DNA of 64,000 bases from the NCBI GenBank assembly GCA_963803915.1, contig CAWDOL010000015.1:24323-88322 (forward strand). Direction: 5' to 3'. This DNA comes from Candidatus Aminicenantes bacterium. GTDB lineage: Bacteria > Acidobacteriota > Aminicenantia > Aminicenantales > UBA4085. Positions 31,214 through 41,495 of this stretch are shown here, piece by piece. Made by a program: the position numbers and the translations under genes. Numbering within the stretch: the first letter of the stretch is position 1; each line of letters opens with the position of its first letter. The notes below the pieces were generated by a model that ran no database searches, was not told where the DNA came from, and saw nothing but the letters and a program-made list of their open reading frames with translations.

Positions 31214-33194
31214 CTACTCGATCCGGAAAATAAAATCCCCGCGCGGTATGGCAGCCTTGGCTTTGAGAATGATCCGGCAGATCGTCTCCCCCCAGGCGGA
31301 ACGGAGCCGGCCGTCGGAGAGTGAAATCGGCTCGATGACGGCGTCGAGACGTTGCCCGTCATAGATCAACGACAAGGCGGACGAGGTCCGCACGCCTTCG
31401 GCGTTTTCGAGAGCGATGCGGCCCGGGCCCGCTTTGACCGGCCTGCGGACGGTCATGAACGACCAGGTGGGGGGCGCTTCGGCTTTCTCCAGCTCGAAGC
31501 GGTCCCGTACCACGACCCGTTTTCCCCGCTCGAGGCGGAGCGTCCGGTTCCAGGACTTGACCCCGGCCTCCTTCGGATAGGCCGGAGCGATGTCCATGGC
31601 CAGCTCGGCAATCCGGTCGTCGGCCCGGTAGCGGACGTCCTTGGCGGCGAACTCCCGGCCGTCCTTCTGCATGACCCCGTTGATCGTCGGCAGGTTGTGG
31701 TAGGCCGACTGCATGGTCCAGATGTCGTAGCGGCGGCCGCTGAAGGTCTTGGCCGTGTAGGTCTCCACGCCGACGTCGATCAGCACGGGGGACCCGTCGT
31801 GATAGACCATGAAGTTGCCCACGTCGTTGTGATTGTGGCTCTCGGCGTTGTGCCCGCCTTGGGCGGCCAGGTAAAGGCCCCGGGTCGAGCCGGCCTGCGA
31901 GCGGGCCGTCATGACCTGAAGGCCCGGGCATCCAGGAATCGCGAAGGAGCGGCTCCCGGGCCGGCGCCCCGGCTATCTCCTCCAGTGTGAAGAGCGCAGG
32001 CAGCACGCGGCCAAACCAGCCGAAGCTGCCGCGCACGGCGTCTTTCCCCAAGCCCTGTCTTCCGGCCAGGAAGGCCCCGAATCCGGCCAGGGTCTCGTCC
32101 TTGACCGCCTTGCCGTAGCGGTAGATGAGCGAGGCGCTGGGTGACAGCACGGCCGAGGCGTCGGCGAAGTTGATGTACCAGCGGTCGGCGATGTAGGCCC
32201 GGGCGATGTAGAGCCCGATTTCGCGGATGAGAGGCCGATCGAAGACATCGATCGCCCCACCGCTGGCCCCGGCCAGGATTTCGAGGGCGTCGAAGAGCGA
32301 GGCGCCCGCCCTGTCCCAATACCCCGGCCCTTCGTCGCAGCCGCCGTCCTCGGGGTAGGGATTGAGGAAGTTGTCCAGGCAGACCATGCCTTTGAGTACC
32401 GCCCGCGCGCGGCGGTCGGCGTCGTCCTCGAGGAGGAGAGCCGCCGCCAGCCAGTTGGAGACGATCCAGGGATTCCAGTTGTTGACGATGCGGCCGCCGA
32501 AGCCCATCCACCAGAAGTCGTCCCGTTCCAGGCACGGCGTCAGGATGCGCCGCTTCGTCTCGAGGCGGATGCGCTCGCGAAGGAGCGGCGAGACCGCGTC
32601 GAGCTTGTCCCCCAGCAGGTAGTCGATCCAGGCCAGCATCATCCCCGTCTCGGCGGCGAAGAGATCGACGACCGGCTCGGTCACGTCGGGCAGGCCCGCG
32701 CCCCTCTTCTGGGCGCCGACGTGCGCCGGAACGCCCCAGAAGCTCTCTTCGCAAATCGACCAGACCCCGTCGGCGATGTCGTCCAGGAAGCGGCCGCGGC
32801 CCTCGGCGCACTCCGCCAGCACCAGCTCGGCCAGCCTGGCCCGGCGGCCGAAGCTGATCTCCTCGAACCGGCTGCGGTTGCCGTCGCGGACGAAATCGAG
32901 GAAGACGGAGGCTTTCGGGGTCGGCCATTCGCCGCCGAGAAGCTTCTCCCCGGCCCGGATGTATCCGGCGCGGACCGCCTCGGGCAGTTTGAGCCAGGCT
33001 TCCCGCTCCGAGGCTTTGGGGAAGGGATGCCAGGAGCCGGGGGGACCGAGGACGGCTCGGACTTTCCCCACGGAATAAGCGCCGGTCAGAATATTCCGCG
33101 CCGCTGCCTTCTCCTGTGGCGCCGCAAATCCCGCGGCCGAGAGGAGGGTGAAAGCGAGAAGGGGAACGGCAAGTGCATGTCGCGAGGCTGCCAT
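31214..33194 (-). CDS. Heparinase II/III-like exported protein; frameshift near 31920
   Basis: Signal peptide, CEESFWGVPAH, NNWNPW, DGGCDEGPGYW, GGHNAESHNHNDVG, QSAYHNLP. Confidence 0.88.
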
Positions 33195-33290
33195 GGTCGC
33201 GCTCCTAAAGGATTTGATTTTCAACCCTGCGGCGAATAGCATTATATATTCGCGGCGGAGTGTCAAAGCGGCGGAGCCAAGGAGGCCCCC

Positions 33291-34293
33291 ATGAGCGAGC
33301 GGACGATGGACCGTCGGGAATTCCTCAAGCAGGCGGCGGGTGCGGCGGCCGTGGCCGGCGGCCTGGCTTCCGTCCCGCTCGGCGCCGCCTCCGGCCCGGC
33401 GGCTCCCGCCTACGACGCCAAGGGGCTTCCGACCCGGGTCTTCGGCAAGACGGGCGTTCCCGTGCCCCGGATCGGCGTCGGGTCTGGGCTCGCGCTTCTG
33501 CGCCGTCACGGACGAGGACCTGGCCCAGACAGATTCTCCACGCCGCCCTCGACCACGGCTTCTACTATTGGGACACCGCCTCGAGCTACCGGGCCAAGGA
33601 CATCGTCAGCGAGGAGCGGATCGGCCGGGTGCTCGAAACGCGGCGCAAGGAAGTGTTCCTGGCCACCAAGTGCGAAGCCCGGACATACGACGAGACGCTC
33701 AAGGAGTTCGAGGGCAGCCTGAAGCGCCTGCGCACGGACTTCGTCGACCTCTACCAGGTCCACCTCCTGCAGTCGGCGGCCGACGTCGAGGTCATCGCCT
33801 CGGAGCGGGGCGCGCTCAAGGCGCTCCGCCGGCTGAAGGACGAGAAGGCGGTCCGGTTCATCGGCTTCACCGGCCACCTCTCGGCCGAGGCCATGACGGC
33901 GGCCGCGCGCGACCACGACTTCGACGCCATGCTCATCGCCCTTAACCACTATGCCGAGCGGAAGGGCGACCTGGAGAAGGACTCCGTCCCCGCCGCGGCG
34001 GCCAAGGGCCTGGGCATCGCCGTGATCAAGGTCATCCGGCCGCGCGAGACCGTGGCCGGCGTCACGGCCGACGAGCTCATCCGCTACGCCCTGACCCTGG
34101 AGCACGTTCATTCGGCCATGATCGGGACCGACAGCCTGGAGGTCGTGGCGAAGAACGCGGCCTTGCTGAAAGCGTTCGCCCCTCTCCCGCCGGCCGAGAT
34201 GGCCCGCGTCGGTTCGGTCCTGGCGCCCGTTCTTCGCCGGGCGGACGGCTGCCCTGGATGGACCCCTCCTACCGGGACGGGCAGTATGCGTGA
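33291..34293 (+). CDS. Tat-exported aldo/keto reductase; frameshifts
   Basis: DRREFL Tat motif, PTRVFGKTG, YWDTASSY, SLKRLRTDFVDLYQVH. Confidence 0.82.
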
Positions 34294-34963
34294 CGCGGTA
34301 CGATGCCCGCGTGCTTGCGGCCGTCTTGCTGCTCGCCGCGGCTCGCGCTGGCCCAGTCCGCGCTCCGACCTGCCGCTTCTTGTGTCCGACGACTTCGAGT
34401 CCGGCGGCGCGGCCCTCTGGTCGCCCTGCGACCCGGCCCGCTGGCGGGTTGCGGAAGGGGAGGGCGGCCGGTTCTACGAGCTGACCGCCCCGGGCGAGGC
34501 GGGCACGGTTCGGGCGCCAACGTCCTGGTCCATCCTCCGGACCGAGGGGCTATCCGAGCTCGTCTTCACCGGCCGCGTCAAGTGCTACACCGACCCCGCC
34601 AACAACAAGCGTGATATGTGTCTCATCTTCGGGTTCCAGGACCCGACCCATTTCTACTACGTCCATTTCTCGGCCTCGAGCGACAATGTCCACAATGTCA
34701 TCGCCCTGGTGAACGGTACTGACCGGGTCAAGATCAATCGGGAGCCGGAGGGCGGGTCCGTTTTCCGGCTCACCGACAAAGCCTGGCATACCTTCAAGGT
34801 GGTGCGGGACGCCGACGGTCGGATGGCGGCCTATATCGACGACATGACGACGCCGGTCCTGACGGCGAAGGATGCGACCTTGCCCCCGGGGCGGGTCGGC
34901 GTTGGGTCGTTCGACGACACGGGCGCCTTCGACGACATCGTTCTGCGCGGCCGGACGCGCTGA
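34290..34963 (+). CDS. DUF1080-like / concanavalin-fold exported protein; frameshift after the signal peptide
   Basis: SDDFESG, FGFQDPTHFYYVH, WHTFKV, GRVGVGSFDDTGAFDDI. Confidence 0.7.
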
Positions 34964-34988
34964 CCGATCCCCGCGGCGGAGAGACGGT

Positions 34989-36356
34989 ATGAAGCCAGCA
35001 AGCGAGAACGGATCGCCGCACGCCGAGCGGGGTTTGCCGATGATCGCTCCCCGCGACCTGGAAGACCTGAAGGCGGAACGCGAATATCTGTGCGGCGTGG
35101 ACGCGCGGCGCCCGTTCTTTCGCCGCTGGGGCGGCTACTGGAAGCTGACCGGCCCGGGCTGGATGCAGAGCGCCATCACCCTGGGGGCCGGGACGGCGGG
35201 CTCGACCATCCTGGCGGCGGCCACCTACGGCTACCAGCTGATGTGGCTCCCGCCCGTGGCCATGGCCCTCGGGGTGGCCGTCTTCGCCGCCATCGGGCGC
35301 CAGACGCTCCTCACGGGCCGGCGGCCATACGAAGTCTTTAAAAAAGACCTCCATCCTATGCTGGCGGTCTTCTGGGGGCTGAGCGTTCTGCTCTCGGCCG
35401 TCATCTTCCAGTTCCCGCAGTATGCCTTGGGAACGGACGTCCTGCGCGATATCCTGGCCGTGGCTGGTATCGACGCGCCGAAGGCGGCCATCGTGGCCTT
35501 CTTTTTCCTCGCCTCCACCGCCATTTGTTGGAGCTACGGCCGCGGCAGCCGGCGGGCCGTCCGGGGCTTCGAGCGTACGCTGAAATACCTGCTCCTGTTC
35601 ATGGTGGCCGCTTTCGCCCTGGTCGTGGTCAAGACCGGCATCGACGGCAAGGCCCTGGTCAAGGGCCTGTTCGGGTTCAGCATCCCCAAATCGCGGCAGG
35701 GAATCGCCCTCGTCCTCGGCCAGCTTGGGGCGGCCGTGGGTGTCAACATGACCTTCCTCTATCCCTACTCTCTTCTGTCCCGGCGATGGGGGAGGGACCA
35801 TCTTGGGCTCAAGAGCTTCGATCTTGGCGTTTCCATGTTCCTGCCCTTCGTCCTGGCCACGGGGTTCGTCAGCATCGCCTGCGCCAACACGCTGTATGCC
35901 CACGGCATCCAAGTACGCGGCGCGGTGGACGCCGCGCACGCCCTGGCCCCTCTGGTCGGCCTGACCCTGGGCCGGGTCGTCTTTTCCCTGGGCATCCTGA
36001 GCATGTGCTTTACGACCATGGTTCTGGAGATGCTCATTGCCGGCTTCGTCCTGAGCGAGATGTTCGGCTTCCCCCTGCACGGCAAGGCCTACAAGGTCGC
36101 CACCATGACGGCCAACATCGGCGTTCTGGGGGCCTTTGCCGCCCTGCCTTTCTGGGTGCCGGTGGTAGCCTCATCCTTCAACCTGGTCATGATGCCGGTG
36201 GCCTACCTGGCCTTCTTCATCCTGCACAACAGCCGGCGCTACCTGGGCGGCGATGTTGTCAGGGGCGTCAAGGGAGCCGTCTGGAACGCGCTCCTCGTCC
36301 TGGCCATCCTGGCGGTGACTGCAGGCGCGGCCGTTAAGATCGCATCATTTTTCTGA
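34989..36356 (+). CDS. NRAMP-like APC-superfamily transporter
   Basis: GPGWMQSAITLG, YGYQLMW, AAVGVNMTFLYPY, about 11 TMs; no DPGN motif. Confidence 0.8.
   Translation: MKPASENGSPHAERGLPMIAPRDLEDLKAEREYLCGVDARRPFFRRWGGYWKLTGPGWMQSAITLGAGTAGSTILAAATYGYQLMWLPPVAMALGVAVFAAIGRQTLLTGRRPYEVFKKDLHPMLAVFWGLSVLLSAVIFQFPQYALGTDVLRDILAVAGIDAPKAAIVAFFFLASTAICWSYGRGSRRAVRGFERTLKYLLLFMVAAFALVVVKTGIDGKALVKGLFGFSIPKSRQGIALVLGQLGAAVGVNMTFLYPYSLLSRRWGRDHLGLKSFDLGVSMFLPFVLATGFVSIACANTLYAHGIQVRGAVDAAHALAPLVGLTLGRVVFSLGILSMCFTTMVLEMLIAGFVLSEMFGFPLHGKAYKVATMTANIGVLGAFAALPFWVPVVASSFNLVMMPVAYLAFFILHNSRRYLGGDVVRGVKGAVWNALLVLAILAVTAGAAVKIASFF
36283..36356 (+). repeat. 74-nt direct repeat, left copy (3' end of the NRAMP-like gene)
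   Basis: 64/74 identical to 39654-39727. Confidence 0.9.
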
Positions 36357-36481
36357 TTTGATTCGCTTCCCCCGCGGGCTCGCCGCAAGTAAAGGCGAAA
36401 GCCTGGGGCAGGTGAAACCAAGTGGAGAGCCGGATGCGGGAGACCCCCCGGGCCGGTTCAGACCCGAACCGCTATCCTGCG

Positions 36482-37114
36482 TCAGCGATTCAGACGAGCT
36501 GGGCCTGAGACGGCCGCCGAATGCCGGTCAAAAAACCGCAGAGGCCAGTCGGCGGCTTCCCCGGCATAATCAACTCCGATGCGCCTGGATATGCCGATCC
36601 GGGCATCCTCCAGGCGTGCTTGTCGGAAAAGGCGCAGTTCGCCGCCGGAGAGCAGGTCAAGTCCGCTCGCTTTGGCCGTAATTCCCAGCCCCGCGCACAA
36701 GCGGCCGGGTCCGCTTAAGAGCTTGGCGGGAGCCCTTTCGGGGCCTTCCGCCGCTCGCAATAAAACGGCTTCCCCGATGCCGGCCGGGCGCGTGACGACG
36801 TTGGCGCAATAATGCATCCCATAAACCAAAAACACGTAGAGATGCCCGCCGTCCTGATACATGGGTTCCACTCGCGGCGTGCGGCGGCCGCGCCGGGTAT
36901 GCGCGGCCGCATCGACGCTTCCCAGGTAGGCTTCCGTCTCCACGATGCGCGCTCCATACCATTGATTCCGATAGCGGCGCGCGAACCAGGCGCCGAGGAT
37001 GTCCCGCGCGATGGTCGGCGTATCGAGGCGGAAAAACTCCCGGGTATATTCCTTTAGCCTGCGCTCTTCGGGGTTAAAAAGCAGCGCGGAGTGGGGCCGG
37101 GAATCCGCTTTCAT
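36482..37114 (-). CDS. 3-methyladenine DNA glycosylase (MPG/AAG family)
   Basis: RIVETEAY, YVFLVYGMHYC, AVLLRA, GPGRLC, RIGV. Confidence 0.92.
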   Translation of the reverse strand: MKADSRPHSALLFNPEERRLKEYTREFFRLDTPTIARDILGAWFARRYRNQWYGARIVETEAYLGSVDAAAHTRRGRRTPRVEPMYQDGGHLYVFLVYGMHYCANVVTRPAGIGEAVLLRAAEGPERAPAKLLSGPGRLCAGLGITAKASGLDLLSGGELRLFRQARLEDARIGISRRIGVDYAGEAADWPLRFFDRHSAAVSGPARLNR

Positions 37115-37246
37115 TTTATGGCCATAATCCTAGTGTACCCATGAAACAGACATCGTTCAATTTCTCGGCCTCGGGCCTCGTCCTGAGCGACCGGGAGGGA
37201 ACCTTATGGGGGCCGTTTCAGTATTTATAGGAGAGGGAGATTGGCT

Positions 37247-39646
37247 ATGTTCAAGAACTATCTGAAGATCGCTTGGCGTAATCTGCTCAAGAACAAAGTT
37301 TATTCGGCCATCAATATTTTCGGGCTGGCCCTCGGAATCGCGGCCAGCGTCCTGATCTTCCTGTTCGTTCAGGACGAGCGGAGCTTCGACCGTTATCACG
37401 TCAACGCCGACCGGATCTACCGAGTCACGGCTGATTGGTCGAACCGAGGCGATTCCCGGATCCACCAGCTCGGAACGCCCTCGATCCTGGCCCGGACGAT
37501 CAGGGCCCACTACCCTCAAGCGGAGTCCGTGGCCCAGCTGAACGGCCCGCTGGGCGACTGTTTTTTGAAAAAGGGGGACTCCGGCCTCAAGGAAACCGAC
37601 GTTTATGCGGCCGAGCCTTCCGTTTTCGAGGTCTTCACCTTCCCGCTTGTCCAGGGCGACCCCCTTACCGCACTGCGGGCGCCTAATACCGCGGTCTTAT
37701 CCCGATCCTTGGCCGCCAAGATCTTCGGGAGCGCGGACGCCCTCGGCCAATCCCTGGAGATCATGATCGGGGGGGCGCCCAGGGTGGTGAGGATCACGGG
37801 CGTGGCCCGCGACGTCCCCCGGAATTCCCATTTCCGGTTCGAGATGCTCATTTCGATGACCACCTTCTTCACCGGCGACGAGCCGGGCTGGACGAGCAAC
37901 AATTTCAAGACCTACCTCCTCCTGGGCCGGGGCGTGAGCCGGGAGCTCATGGAAGCCAAGCTGGTCGAGCTCGAGAACACCTACCTCGCGGCGGGCCGCC
38001 CGCACAATCCCTGGATTTGGTCGCTCATGCCGGTTACGGCGATCCATCTGGAGTCGGACCTGGCCACGGGCAACCAGCCCAACGGGAGCGGGGGCTACGT
38101 CAAGCTCTTCGGCTGGGTGGCCGTCCTCGTCCTGCTGATCGCCTGTATCAACTTCGTCAACCTGTCGACGGCCCGCTCCGCCCGCCGGGCCCGGGAGGTG
38201 GGCATCCGCAAGACCGTCGGCTCCCTCCGCAGCCAGCTCGTCGGGCAATTCCTGGGGGAATCGATCCTGCTCAGCCTTCTGGCCCTGGTCCTGGCCGTCG
38301 GGATCATCCAGCTGGCCCTGCCGTTTTACAGGAGCCTTACCGGCAAGGCCCTGGCCCTGCCCTATTTCAGCCATCCGTTCGTCATCCCGGGGTTGCTGGG
38401 CCTGGCCCTGGCCGTCGGGTTCCTGGCCGGCCTCTATCCGGCTTTCTTCCTCTCGTCCATCCGGAACGTCGACGTCCTGAAAGGCTCGGCCCTGGCCGGC
38501 AAAAGCCGCCGGTCCCTGCTCATTCGCCACGCCCTGGTCGTCTTCCAGTTCGCCATGTCCGTCCTGCTCATCCTGGGGTCCCTGGTGATCTCGCGCCAGC
38601 TCGACTTCATCAAGAACCGCCGGCTCGGCTTCGACAAGGACCAGGTCATCATCGTCCACAACGCGGAGATCCTGGGCTCCCGGCTCGAAGCCTATAAAGA
38701 GACCATCAAGCAGGACGCCGCCGTCATCGGCGCCTCGGCGGTCCGGTCGATCCCGGGGCAGGGGACGGTCAACTGGGGGATCGGGGTCGAGGGCATCGGA
38801 CGGGAGCGGCCGCTGAACATGAACTTCCTATCCTGCGACCAGGACTTCGCCGACGTGCTGAACATCCGCATGGAGCTGGGTCGCTTCCTGTCCCGCGACT
38901 TCCCGTCCGACGACCAGGCCGTGGTCATCAACCGGAAAGCCGCCGACTATTTCGGCCTGCCCGACCCGATCGGCAAGACGCTGCAGATTTGGTCCACCCG
39001 GAGGTCCTACAGCATTATCGGCGTCATGGAGAACGTCCACTTCGAGTCGCTCCACCGTGACGTCCGCCCGATGGGGTACCTGCTGCCGGAAGCCGTCAAC
39101 TCCACCCGGCGGCCCTTCCTGCTCGTCAAGGTCAAGGCGCCGCATATGGAGCGACAGCTGCCCTCCCTGCGCCGCAGCTGGGACGATCTTCACCCCGGTT
39201 TGCCCTTCGAGTTCAGCTTCCTCGACGAGAAGGTCGACAGCCTCTACCGGGGCGACGTGCGGGCCGGGAAGATCGTCTCGATGTTCTCCCTGCTCGCGAT
39301 TATCGTGTCCTGCCTGGGCCTGTTCGGACTGGCCGCCTATGTGACCGAGCAGAGGACCAAGGAGATCGGTGTGCGCAAGGTGCTGGGGGCGAAGCTGACG
39401 AATATCGTCTGGATTCTGACCGGCCAATTCCTGAAATGGGTGGCCGTCGCCAACCTGATCGCCTGGCCCGTGGGCTTCTGGCTGGCCGGACGCTGGCTGC
39501 AGAGCTTCGCCTTCCGGGCCCCGCTGTCGGCCGGCCCCTTCCTGGTCAGCGGGTTGGCCGCGGTGGCCATCGCCTCGGTCACCGTCAGCTTCCAGGTGGT
39601 CAAGGCGGCCCTGGCTAATCCGGTCAGAAGCCTGAGATACGAATAG
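37247..39646 (+). CDS. Duplicated MacB/FtsX-type ABC permease
   Basis: NYLKIAWRNL, ACINFVNLSTA, REVGIRK, RTKEIGVRKVLGA, ANPVRSLRYE. Confidence 0.92.
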   Translation: MFKNYLKIAWRNLLKNKVYSAINIFGLALGIAASVLIFLFVQDERSFDRYHVNADRIYRVTADWSNRGDSRIHQLGTPSILARTIRAHYPQAESVAQLNGPLGDCFLKKGDSGLKETDVYAAEPSVFEVFTFPLVQGDPLTALRAPNTAVLSRSLAAKIFGSADALGQSLEIMIGGAPRVVRITGVARDVPRNSHFRFEMLISMTTFFTGDEPGWTSNNFKTYLLLGRGVSRELMEAKLVELENTYLAAGRPHNPWIWSLMPVTAIHLESDLATGNQPNGSGGYVKLFGWVAVLVLLIACINFVNLSTARSARRAREVGIRKTVGSLRSQLVGQFLGESILLSLLALVLAVGIIQLALPFYRSLTGKALALPYFSHPFVIPGLLGLALAVGFLAGLYPAFFLSSIRNVDVLKGSALAGKSRRSLLIRHALVVFQFAMSVLLILGSLVISRQLDFIKNRRLGFDKDQVIIVHNAEILGSRLEAYKETIKQDAAVIGASAVRSIPGQGTVNWGIGVEGIGRERPLNMNFLSCDQDFADVLNIRMELGRFLSRDFPSDDQAVVINRKAADYFGLPDPIGKTLQIWSTRRSYSIIGVMENVHFESLHRDVRPMGYLLPEAVNSTRRPFLLVKVKAPHMERQLPSLRRSWDDLHPGLPFEFSFLDEKVDSLYRGDVRAGKIVSMFSLLAIIVSCLGLFGLAAYVTEQRTKEIGVRKVLGAKLTNIVWILTGQFLKWVAVANLIAWPVGFWLAGRWLQSFAFRAPLSAGPFLVSGLAAVAIASVTVSFQVVKAALANPVRSLRYE

Positions 39647-39653
39647 CCATCCC

Positions 39654-39727
39654 GGAACGTGCCGCTCGTCCTGGCCATCCTGGCGGTGACCGCCGGCGCG
39701 GCAGCTAAGATCGCTTCGTTTTTCTAA
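39654..39727 (+). repeat. 74-nt direct repeat, right copy (orphan gene 3' end)
   Basis: Still encodes LVLAILAVTAGAAAKIASFF*. Confidence 0.9.
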
Positions 39728-41205
39728 TCGGCGGCAATGCCGCCCTTGCCGGGCACTTTCAAACGCTTGCCGGGCAGCAGCAGCGCGTTGCGCGTGGTCC
39801 CGTTCAGCTTGACGACCATGTCGATCGAGGTCCCGTATTTCCGGGCGATGGACCAGAGCGTGTCGCCCGAGCGGATGACGTGGTATGAGAAGCTCATCTC
39901 GGCCGGGACATACTTGGGGACGGCGGCGATGGCCTGCAGGGCTTTGTCGCCGGTGCCCACGGGCACCTTAAGCTCGTAAGCCCGCTCCGGTGTGGAATCC
40001 AGCCGCAGCTCGGGGTTGAGAAAGGCCAGCTCGGTCGTCTCCATGCCCAGCGCCGTCGACAGGGCCGACAGCTTGACCGGCTTGGCCACCGTGATCGTGT
40101 CGTATGTGATCGCCGCGTAAGCCGCGGGCAGCGTCAGGCCATACTTCTGCGGGTTCTGGGCGATGAGGACGACGGCGATAAAGCGCGGCACGAAGCGGGC
40201 CGTTTCGAAGGGAAGGCGCGTAAACAGGTCCCAGAAATCGTCCAGGTAGTTGATGTGCTGGGTGTTGATGACCTTCTGGACGCCCCATTCGCCGCAGTTG
40301 TAGGCGGCCAGGGCCGTCGCCCAGTCGCCGAAGGCCGCATGCAGGTCGCTGAGATGCTTGACGGCGGCCTTGGTGGCTTTCACCGGGTTCATCCGCTCGT
40401 CCACCCATTGGTCTCGGGTCAGGCCGTAGCGGTAGCCGGTGGAGGCGATGAACTGCCACATGCCCAGGGCCCGGGCCCGCGACAGGGCGCGGGGCATGAA
40501 GCCGCTCTCGATGACCGGCAGCCACGAAAGCTCCTCGGGCATGCCGGCGGCGCGAAGCTCGGCCACGACCATCTCGCGGTAGAGGCCCGAGCGCTTGTAA
40601 GCTTCCAGGAACGAGCCGCGCTCGACCGTCTGGAAACTCTTGATTTCGTCCAGGACCCACTTGTTCTCAATCAGGGGGATGGCGTTGCCGCCGTTGGCGG
40701 CGGGATTGGCCCGGCAGGCGTAGATCTCCTGCACCCGCTGGGCGATCAGGATGCGCAGGTCGTTCTTTTCCTGCTGCAGCGGCGAATCCGCGGGCATCTC
40801 GGCCTTGAGCATCAGGGCATAGGCCTTGTCGAGCGCCTTGAGCGCGCCGTCCAGGTCTCCGCCTTCGCGGCAGGTCTTGGCCTCGGCGTAGGCGTCGAGC
40901 GCTTCCTCGAGCGAAGCGGCCGGGCCTTCCTTGGCGGGGTCGCCGTAACCCGCCAGCCCGGCCTCGGCTGCGGCCTTCTTCTCCTCGGGCGGGATGATCG
41001 TCTTGGGAGCCTCTTTGGCGCTATCCTTGGCGGCGTCCTTGGGGACGTCGGCTGCAGCCGCCGGCGTGAGCTCGGCTTGGGAGACGGTCTTCCCGGTTGC
41101 CGGATCGATCAAGGGAACAACGTTGGTCTTGGGCGGTTTTGAACATCCGGTCAGGATGGCCAGGATGCCGACGATTCCGATATAACGGAACGTGCGTTTA
41201 TTCAT
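39724..41205 (-). CDS. mltD: MltD-like lytic transglycosylase lipoprotein with LysM
   Basis: Lipobox LTGC, IESGF, GMWQF, AAYNCG, ETARFVP, LysM GDTLWSIARKY. Confidence 0.85.
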   Translation of the reverse strand: MNKRTFRYIGIVGILAILTGCSKPPKTNVVPLIDPATGKTVSQAELTPAAAADVPKDAAKDSAKEAPKTIIPPEEKKAAAEAGLAGYGDPAKEGPAASLEEALDAYAEAKTCREGGDLDGALKALDKAYALMLKAEMPADSPLQQEKNDLRILIAQRVQEIYACRANPAANGGNAIPLIENKWVLDEIKSFQTVERGSFLEAYKRSGLYREMVVAELRAAGMPEELSWLPVIESGFMPRALSRARALGMWQFIASTGYRYGLTRDQWVDERMNPVKATKAAVKHLSDLHAAFGDWATALAAYNCGEWGVQKVINTQHINYLDDFWDLFTRLPFETARFVPRFIAVVLIAQNPQKYGLTLPAAYAAITYDTITVAKPVKLSALSTALGMETTELAFLNPELRLDSTPERAYELKVPVGTGDKALQAIAAVPKYVPAEMSFSYHVIRSGDTLWSIARKYGTSIDMVVKLNGTTRNALLLPGKRLKVPGKGGIAAD

Positions 41206-41341
41206 GCACCGTCGTTTATAGCATCGGGCCGAAATCGAGTCAACCGGACGACAGGCCGGCCTGCTGCTGCCGCGGAGTCCGCCAGCCGGTCCAAGCGACG
41301 GCACGAGCTGGGAGTAGGCCGGTCCGGGGAGTCCGGGAGCA

Positions 41342-41484
41342 TAAACCCGCTCGATACCCCGGGCTTTGCAGTCCTCATTCTCGGAGAGAATGAGGGCGGG
41401 CTGAAGCCCGGGATATTAATAGGGTTAATACTGAGCGGCGCTCGTAACCCCGATTTGAAAATTGGGTAAAGGCGCCGCGAATGT
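41342..41484 (-). repeat. Repeat family A, copy 3 (inverted)
   Basis: Reverse complement matches 1212-1353. Confidence 0.95.
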
Positions 41485-41495
41485 GCCAATAACCA

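Noticed and set aside
33260-34963. Apparent AKR-DUF1080 fusion
   Set aside because: Frameshift artefact; the AKR stop (34291-34293) and a separate signal peptide are recoverable in other frames
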